NCBI RefSeq assembly: GCF_964194025.1
Contig: NC_134476.1
Coordinates: forward strand, 25,792,001 to 25,856,000
Direction: 5' to 3'
DNA from: Convolutriloba macropyga
Lineage: Eukaryota
DNA: 64,000 bases
A program made the position numbers and the translations under genes. Position 1 is the stretch's first letter, and each line of letters begins with the position of its first letter. Under the pieces are notes generated by a model, which had not been told where the DNA came from, searched no databases, and saw only the letters and a list, made by a program, of their open reading frames with translations. This document shows positions 55,440-64,000 of the stretch, piece by piece.

Positions 55440-56562
55440 ACTTTCGTTTTTAAGTCAGACTGTCTAGAAAGTATCACTAGGAGCGCCGGGCACTCCAGTC
55501 AGTCGAAAGGACCTGTCATCAAAAAAACCCGGGCACGCTCAACAATTCAAAAGAAGGAATGCAACAACTGAGAAGGAATTCAACGATAAAATTGACAGAT
55601 TGAGTGACAGGAGAAAATCCAAAAAAACAGCTGCGCTACCAAAATCAATTGAAAACATATCTTCAGAAAAGCATTACAAATAAAAAATTTTGTCAACTGT
55701 GATTTTGTCGTTAACAGTACCCAATACGCAAGCAGCATTGGATTTTTCGATTGCAAGGGAGATACTCTGTATTCAAAAACTGCCAGCTCTAGGCTCCCTA
55801 TTCAAAAAACAGAAAGATATAAATAGGTCTTTCAAAAACTCTTCGGCGAACGGTCCCGCAGGCTCTTGAACTTCAAATGCTAAGGTTTGAAACATTTAAT
55901 TTTTTTCAACAACCTTTATACTTGTCATTCTTTCTCACCTCGGCTTCCACTGCAGCAGTTCCAGGGTTAACACCGAGCCTGCAGACAACCGACTGGGAGC
56001 AAAAACATCCACCACAGTTAAATCTCACATCAGTTGTTTGCCTTGTTTCCAGGGTACAATAGTCATACCATCAGGTCGTTTTGTCGGTTCTGTAGAGATG
56101 AGCTAGTTCTAAAACAGAGGGAACACGAACAGAGGCTGAAGTTTGTTTAAACAGGTGTTTCAGATTAGTGTGACGTGAGAGTCTCCCTGCACTCCGTACA
56201 CAAGAAAGCCTATGCAGACCCGAGGCTTCATTTTTTTACCACAAACACATATGTGAGTCTCGCAAATTTTTGCACCCGAGCGAAGCCCAACAGAAAATTT
56301 CAACTGCTGATTGGACAACTTAAGATTAACGTTTTTGCAAGGTAAAACAATTAAACCTTGTATTGCAAACTTATCTAGATAGAGGTTTAATCGCTTCTCT
56401 CTGTCCTCACCTCACTTGGGCATAAAATCGGTTAGAACTTTTTGATACATAACCTTGTTCGTTGTATGGTGCTTCGAGGAATCCTGTTACTAATTACCAC
56501 ACTTCAGACCGCAATTGAACTCTTTGTCTTCGAACTCCTCTGCAAAGTGGTGTTCCAGTACC
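55440..56562 (-). mobile_element. CRE-type retrotransposon 3' fragment (zinc knuckle + REL endonuclease), copy A
   Basis: Minus strand: HIC..C...GLHRLSCVRSAGRLSRHTNL, RPDG, AAVEAEVRKNDKY, LAFEV, QRISLAI..SNAACVLGT. Confidence 0.8.
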
Positions 56563-56564
56563 AG

Positions 56565-57840
56565 TAACTTTATGAATTATTAAATCGTCTTGGCTATGCA
56601 ACATGGATATTAAATCGTCATGCAATGGAACATTAAGCCGTCAACATTCAAATCTTCAATTTACATTAGAAACAACGGATGACAAAAACAGTTTGCAGTT
56701 TCCGGACATGTCAATTAACGTACAACCGGAGGGTACAGTTTTCTGCACATGTTATCAAAAACCATCATATACTGGAACAATTCTGCACTATCGTAGCTGC
56801 GCAACCCTTCAACTTAAGAAAAGCATAATACAGGGAACAATAATCCGCCTGTTCCGAGGCAACCGCAATTGGGAAGCGTTCTACGAAGCATTGACAAAAA
56901 TTGGAAACATTTGAGATTGTAAACAATATTCTAGGCATTGGGTAGGGAAAATTGTCAAGGATACATTTAACCAGCTGTGAATAAAAGAACAAAGAAAAGG
57001 GTAAAATGCTGGCGTAGCCGTAAAACAACAGAAAAACACTGGGAAACAATAAATTGTATTACAATACAGAAGCAAGATTTCTAAGGAATTTGTAAAGAAC
57101 CTGAACAAAATTCATCCTGTGCAGACAGTTTTTACCACTCCAAATTTTAAGAGCTGTTTACCTAGCCTCAAATCAAGCTTTGATAAAGACCTCAAACCCC
57201 ACGTGATTGATAAACTCACTGGTAATGGATGCAAATCTATCTATGTAGGGCAGAGATGCCGACATATTACCACAAGGGTTGCAGTCCAATGGAATTAAAC
57301 GCAATTGAGTGCAACGGTGATAAAATAGCTTTCCAGTGAAAGATATATGACCAGTGCGGCAACAAATATAAGTTAATGACAATAACGGCGTTTTACTTCA
57401 GAACACTGGAAATGGTCATCGACACGCGCGACGGATACCGAACACGAGAATTGACACTGAAAGCTTAGTTTGGAGATAAAAATTCAGTTAGAAACGAAAG
57501 AAGGACATTTAACATAACGGAAATTTCTACTTTACAATTGAACACAACAAAGTAAATTGAGATAATTTATGAATGGTGTTTCAATAGAAAACATATGGAA
57601 ATAAATCGTCCATATCAAACTGAAAATATACACATAATTAGATGTAAAAATTTGTAAATATGACTGTAGATATGTAAAAAATTGGTTTTAAATTCCTTGA
57701 ATTTGCTTTAGACTTTATTAATTTGCATTTTATTTTATGGCTTTTCATTTTAGCAATTTGTATTTTTTTTAACCTGACGATGACCTAGGAGTTCAAAACA
57801 TTTGTAGGAAAGTTTTTGATTGACGATCGTTTTTTAAATC
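56565..57840 (+). mobile_element. Penelope-like element fragment 3
   Basis: ORF 56603-56914 is near-identical to 53982-54278; hammerhead relic at 57774. Confidence 0.85.
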
Positions 57841-58044
57841 GTTAGCCTTAAAGTCGTTCTAAAAAAAACAAAAAACAAAAATTTATACGCAAAAATAAAC
57901 GCTGATGATAGTTTCTGTTGAATTAATTTAACAATAGTGCATAAAAAACAAACAGCAAACAGATACAAAAAACATAAGAACTATTTCAGGAGCCTGATGG
58001 AGTAAAACTATATAATGAGCACAGTCTTGGGTAAATTGTTTTGC

Positions 58045-59022
58045 AGGGCTTTCCTCTTTAAATCAGACTGTCTAGAAAGTATCGCTACGAGCGCAGGCCA
58101 CTCCAGTCAGTCAAAAGGACCTGTCATCATAAAAGCCCGGGCATGCTCAACAATTCAAAAGAAGGAATTCAAGAACTGAGAATGAATTCAACTATAAAAT
58201 TGACAGATTGAGTGACAGGAGAAAATCCAAAAAACAGCTGCGCTAGCAAAATTAGTTGAAAACACATCTTCAGAAAAGAATTACAAATAAAAAAATTTCG
58301 TCATCTGTGGTTTTGTCGTTAACAGTACCAATACGCAAGCAGCCTTAGCTATTTCGATTGCAAGGGAGATCCTCTGTATCCAAAAACAGCCAGCTCTAGG
58401 CTCATTATTCAAAAAACAGAAAGATATAAATAAGTCTTTCAAAAACTCTTCGGCGGACGGTCCCGCAGACTCTTGATCTTCAAAAGCTAAGGTCTTGAAC
58501 TTCATACCATCAGGTCGTTTTGTCGGTTCTGTAGAGATGAGCTAGTTCTAAAACAGAGGGAGCACAAACAGAGGCTGAAGTTGGTTTAAACAGTTGTTTC
58601 AGATTAGTGTGACGTGAGAGTCTCCCTGCACTCCGTACACAAGAAAGCCTATGCAGACCCGAGGCTTCATTTTTTTTTACCACAAACACATATGTGAGTC
58701 TCGCAAATTTTTGCACCCGAGCGAAGCCCAACAGAAAATTTCAACTGCTGATTGGACAACTTAAGATTAACGTTTTTGCAAGGTAATACAATTAACCCTT
58801 GTATTGCAAACTTATCTAGATAGAGGTTTAATCGCTTCTCTCTGTCCTCACCTCACTTGGGCATAAAATCGGTTAGAACTTTTTGATACATAACCTTCGA
58901 CCAAATCTTCTGATGTTCGTTGTCTGGTGCTTCAAGGAATCCTGTTACTACTTACCACTCTTCAGACCGCAATTGAACTCTTTGTCTTCGAACTCCTCTG
59001 CAAAGTGGTGTTCCAGTACCAG
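58045..59022 (-). mobile_element. CRE-type 3' fragment, copy B (internal deletion)
   Basis: ORFs 58281-58505 (LAFE..GPSAEEFLKDL..EPRAG..QRISLAI..AACVL) and 58510-58731. Confidence 0.8.
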
Positions 59023-59024
59023 TA

Positions 59025-60225
59025 ACTTTATGAATTATTAAATCGTCTTGGCTATGCAACATGGATATTAAATCGTCATGCAATGGAACATTAAGCCGTC
59101 AACATTCAAATCTTCAATTTACATTAGAAACAACGGATGACAAAAACAGTTTGCCATTTCCGTACATGTCAATTAACGTACAACCGGAGGGTACAGTTTT
59201 CTGCACATGTTATCAAAAACCATCATATACTGGAACAATTCTGCACTATCGTAGCTGCGCAACCCTTCAACTTAAGAAAAGCATAATACAGGGAACAATA
59301 ATCCGCCTGTTCCGAGGCAACCGCAATTGGGAAGCGTTCTACGAAGCATTCTACAAAGAAAAAGATAAAACGCTGGCGTAGTCGTAAAAGAGTAGAAAAA
59401 CACTGAGAAACAACAAATTGTATTACAATACAGAAGCAAGATTTCTAAGGAATTTGTAAAGAACTCGAACAAAATTCATCCTGTGCAGACAGTATGTACC
59501 ACTCCAAAACTTTTTAGCTGTTTATCTAGCCTTATGTCAAGCTTTGGTAAAGACATCAAACCCCACGTGATTGACAAACTCAGTGCTAATTGATGCAAAT
59601 CCATCTACGCAGGGCAGATATGCCAAAATATTACCACAAGGGTTGCAGAGCATGCCAAGGTGAACTCACCGATAAAAATTAAACGCAATTAAGCGCAACG
59701 GTGATAAAATAGCTTTCCAGTGGAAGATATAAGACCAGTGCGGCAACAAATTTAAATTAATGACACTAAAGGCATTTTATTTAAGAACACTGGAAATGGT
59801 CATCAACACGCGCGACGGATACCGAACACAAAAATTGACACTAAAAGCTTAGTTTGGAGATAAAAATTCAACTTGAAATGAAAGACGGACACGTTACAAA
59901 ACGAAAATTTTTACTTTACAATTGAACACAACAAAGTAAGTTGAGATAATTTATTAATGATTTTTCAATAAAAAACATTTGGATATGCATCTGCCATATC
60001 AAATTGAAAATATACATATAATCAAATGTAAAATTTTGTAAATATGACTGTAGATATGTAAAAAATGTGTTTTAAATTCCTTGAATTTGCATTAGACTTT
60101 ATTAATTTGCATTTTATTTAATGGCTTTTCATTTTAGCAATTTGTATTCTTTTTATCCTGACGATGACCTCGGAGTTCAAAACATTTGTAGGAAAGTTTT
60201 TGATTGACGATCGTTTTTCATATCG
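59025..60225 (+). mobile_element. Penelope-like element fragment 4
   Basis: ORF 59061-59381 is near-identical to 56603-56914; hammerhead relic at 60158. Confidence 0.85.
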
Positions 60226-60429
60226 TTAGCCTTAAAGTTGTTCTAAAAAAAACAAAAAACAAAAATTTATACGCAAAAATAAACGCTGATGATAGTTTCT
60301 GTTGAATTAATTTAACAATAGTGCATAAAAAACAAACAGCAAACAGTTACAAAAAACATAAGAACTATTTCAGGAGCCTGATGGAGTAAAATTATATAAT
60401 GAGCACAGTCTTGGATAAATTATTTTGCA

Positions 60430-62820
60430 GGGCTTTCCTCTTTAAATCAGACTGTCTGGAAAGTATCGCTACGAGCGCTGGGCACTCCAGTCAGTCAAAA
60501 GGACCTGTCATCATAAAAACCCGGGCACGCTCAACAATTCAAAAGAAGGAATGCAACAACTGAGAAGGAATTCAACGATAAAATTGACAGATTGAGTGAC
60601 AGGAGAAAATCCAAAAAAACAGCTGCGCTACCAAAATCAATTGAAAACACATCTTCAGAAAAGCATTACAAATAAAAAATTTTGTCAACTGTGATTTTGT
60701 CGTTAACAGTACCCAATACGCAAGCAGCATTGGATTTTTCGATTGCAAGGGAGATACTCTGTATTCAAAAACTGCCAGCTCTAGGCTCCCTATTCAAAAA
60801 ACAGAAAGATATAAATAGGTCTTTCAAAAACTCTTCGGCGAACGGTCCCGCAGGCTCTTGAACTTCAAATGCTAAGGTTTGAAACATTTAATTTTTTTCA
60901 ACAACCTTTATACTTGTCATTCTTTCTCACCTCGGCTTCCGCTGCAGCAGTTCCAGGGTTAACACCGAGCCTGCAGACAACCGACTGGGAGCAAAAACAT
61001 CCACCACAGTTAAATCTCACATCAGTTGTTTGCCTTGTTTCCAAGGTACAAGAGTCATACCATCAGGTTGTTTTTGTCGGTTCTGCAGAGCTTTCTCAGA
61101 ACTCAAAACCCAGAGCTTTCTCCGAACTCAAAACCCGTATAAGATCTTCCAACACAACTTTATAATCATCGGCTAATTTTCCATCATCTGTGTACCATTC
61201 ATTTTCAACTGCACATCATTCAAAAGTACTTGAATTGTCTGTGCAAAAACGAAAAAGGCTCCAGGATACCCCTATTGCGTCCCCTCTTCAGATGAGATGA
61301 TTGTAATGTCCTAAATTAGGAAACTAGGCTTGCTGTGGGCTGATAATCAAAAGGATACACAGTGGGTCTTATAGCATGCACAAGTTTTGACATAGTCTCT
61401 CGGTTCAGGGAATTAAATTTATTTTTAAAATCCAACCTACGCAAAACATGCTTTTAAAGAGACGGCTTTTCAAGAATGTTTTAGGAAAAATGGGCCGCGA
61501 TCTCTGCTCCAATTTGGGTTTTTCCAAAGTATTCCTTTCGTTAATCTGAGACTTTGGATCCACCGCACTTTGCAACGACTCTCCGCAAGGTGTTGCCTAT
61601 CGCAATGGGCCGTAGACCACCATCTTTTTTAACAAAAGCGATTAATTTAGCTCCAAAGAAAAACAGTCTAATATTTTCTGGGACTGTGTTATTTGGAGTT
61701 ACACTCACCAGTTCTGTAAGACTTTTCCAAAACTCGTGCCCAGTGCTTCCATTAGAATTAAACACAAATACTTTCAAAACTTGAGGAGCCAAGCCATTGG
61801 GGCCAGCGCCAGACCCAGTAGGAAAATGTGTTATACTTTTGTAAACGTTGTACTGGCTGGCTATAAAACTGTCAATATTTTCAAAGAAAGGAACATTAAT
61901 AGAACTACACTTCGAATGTTTAGAAAACAATTTCTCATAGTTTTTAGTGTTAAAGGGTGCAAAAGAATCATCAGAGCTAGCTAAAAGTATTCCCGCTTTT
62001 ACATTGCTTACTAATTTAGCTGGAATAAATTTATTACGCTTTTCAAAGTCAGAGTCCTTCTTGACAATGGAGTCCTCAGTATCAGCTTTCGTCAAAGTCA
62101 GATTATTGCTTCGTATTTTTTGGCTGATTACAGATTTGATACTTTTATTTTTTCTATCCGATCTTTTGGATTGACCCAAAAAAGACATGATGGCTTTAAA
62201 AAACTAACCAACTAAGACACGCTTGGTTCTCTGATTATATCATCAATATTTTTCGATTAAGCTTGCAGCTACAAGAGCACGTGAATCGCTAGGAACTCTT
62301 TTCAAAAACCGAGTTTTGAGGCTTTCATCACACTCTCAAGGGTGAGCTCATTAGAACACTAATGGTCTTTTAACCGAACATTGAAACATTTAACTCACTT
62401 GTAAAGTTCTAGTTTCTCACTTTCAGGGAGATTTGAAGGTGCGCAAACACCATGGTACCAAATTTTACCAAAATTGCAATGAATCCAATTTAGAATTCCA
62501 GATAGCTTAGAGCAGTTTTCGGTGTTCCACAAAGCGTTGCCTCTCTTTGGCAGCACTATTAAATAAAGGAGTAAAAATGGAAAAAAAACGAGCATACACC
62601 AGCCAAAAGGCCTCAACGAAAATTCAACTGTAGAAAACACTATCACTAAACCGAATTTAACAGTGAAAAACAAGACTTAAAAACACACAAACATACCTTA
62701 AAAAGGAACGGTCTCACCGGTTTCCAGTCGATGGAGTAAGAATAAGCCCAACTTTCGGGACAAAACAACAAATCAGCCACAGAGGGTTCCGACGATATCG
62801 GGACAACAAAAGGAGCAAGA
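60430..62820 (-). mobile_element. near full-length degenerate CRE-clade non-LTR retrotransposon (PHD-like N-terminus, RT, REL)
   Basis: ORF 61541-62188 has SGAGPNGLAPQVLK...FFGAKLIAFVKKDGGLRPIAIGNTLRRVVAKC. LKRVPSDSR lies upstream; degenerate GTQ*GYP and YTDDG lie downstream; the REL region is at 60665-61070. Confidence 0.85.
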
Positions 62821-63691
62821 TCATTGTGATCATTTACATTCTCTGAAACTATTTAATAAGATAATCACAACAATTAGGCTAAAAGGAACATTATATTAAG
62901 GAAAAAAAATTCCTCAATGTTTTTGGATTTGAAAAATATTAAAGTGGTAGGTTATTGAATAATTTTGTGCGTAATATTTTACTGAAAAAGAAGAATTATT
63001 ATTTGTAGAAATAAATTGAGCAGTGCAGATGGAGGAGTGAAAGATTATAAATCAGTTGGTTGTTTAATAGAAGACGGGCTCTTGGAATGTTTAATAGAAA
63101 ACTGGCTCTTGGAAGACACTGCATCGAACCAGCATCTGAAATAAGTATTGGAAACATGTTTTATAGAATGAGAACGGAGAGTAGGCATAATCAGGGCCCC
63201 AAATTTGTCTGAAACAGTCACAGTACGTCGAATTGCATGATTTATTGATCCTGATATCGGTGCTATATGGAAAAAGACCATCAATTCTCTAATCAGATCA
63301 ACCGAAAATGTTGAAGATCACTCAGGTATAAAACAAAACGAGCAAATAATGAAACCAAAAACGAGAACTCCGAAAGCCGGCGAAAATGTTTTTAAAGAGT
63401 CATTTACTTAACATAATACTGAAAGTAGGAAAAGTAAACCGCAAACGTTTGGACAAAAAATATGTCAAAATTGTACTGGAATATGCGGAGGGTAATATGT
63501 GTTCTTGGGCGATCAATTGCAGTTGCGAAAATTGAAACCCTGTGCAGACAGTCAGATCAACGGTAAATGAAAGTAAAAACTCTAAAATATTAGTTCAAAT
63601 CATAATTTTGACTAAATGAGAATGCATAGGGCAAAAAACATTTTGTGCATGACAAAACGAAATTTGCAAAACCTCCACTAGAGGGATACAG

Positions 63692-63737
63692 TTTTAACCT
63701 GACGATGAACGTAAAGTTCGAAAACGTTTGTTTTACC
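63692..63737 (+). ncRNA. minimal hammerhead ribozyme-like motif with intact core
   Basis: CTGACGA-T-GAAC-GTAAA-GTTC-GAAA-ACGT-TT; stem II is GAAC/GTTC, stem III is palindromic, and stem I has only ~3 bp. Confidence 0.55.
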
Positions 63738-64000
63738 CTAAAAATACAAGAACATGGACAAAATCGAAAAATCCGGAATAGGAATGTTTTTAAGTAAATT
63801 GATAACAGATGTAAATATGTGTTGTAAATAGGCTAAATATTGTATATAAGGAAAAATTTTCGATTGAATTTTTTAGAATGTTTCCTAGAATTGTTTTAAT
63901 TGTCATCTCAGACAAATGTAAATACATGTTCATTTTATCTTTTAACAATTTGTAAAACAACCTGCAATTTACCTTAGAAAAAGTGAACATGGATGGGGGT

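Larger units (their letters stand above)
38370..63590 (+). repeat. ~25-kb complex modular satellite built on a LINE 3' end, its (CT)n tail and flanking modules, with nested Penelope and CRE insertions
   Basis: The anchor GC(C/T)TGATGGAG...GTC(A/T)T recurs at ~38880, 39977, 41817, 42916, 44137, 46507, 46882, 48117, 49161, 55383, 57992 and 60376. Large duplications include 40195-42080 ~ 44930-46770 (ORFs offset 4735) and 49720-51400 ~ 52363-54120. Confidence 0.9.

Overview
AT-rich eukaryotic (probably invertebrate animal) genomic DNA; the organism cannot be named from sequence alone. (1) 1-20550 holds the 3' part of one intact-looking spliced gene on +, a Src/Frk-type SH3-SH2-tyrosine kinase. 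Six GT-AG exons join in frame to 437 codons plus a stop. It has SH2 loop insertions and no C-terminal regulatory Tyr. Its introns hold MITEs, three Helentron-like (HINE/DINE-1-type) elements and two CR1/L2-type LINE relics. (2) From about 20.9 kb onward there is no recognisable host gene, and most of the sequence is tandem amplifications of dead retroelement pieces. A ~1.0-kb satellite is built from a Gypsy integrase (25.0-33.6 kb, with A-B-A-B-C-C higher-order structure). A ~25-kb complex satellite (38.4-63.6 kb) has a core that decodes as the ORF2 C-terminus and (CT)n tail of a LINE homologous to the fragment at 14.4-15.1 kb. Nested in it is a ~2.5-kb chimeric unit: a Penelope RT-thumb/GIY-YIG fragment, a hammerhead relic and an antisense CRE-type retrotransposon end. 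A hammerhead-like motif with an intact core lies at ~63.7 kb. All assignments come from manual translation and motif recognition; no searches were run, and repeat boundaries are approximate.
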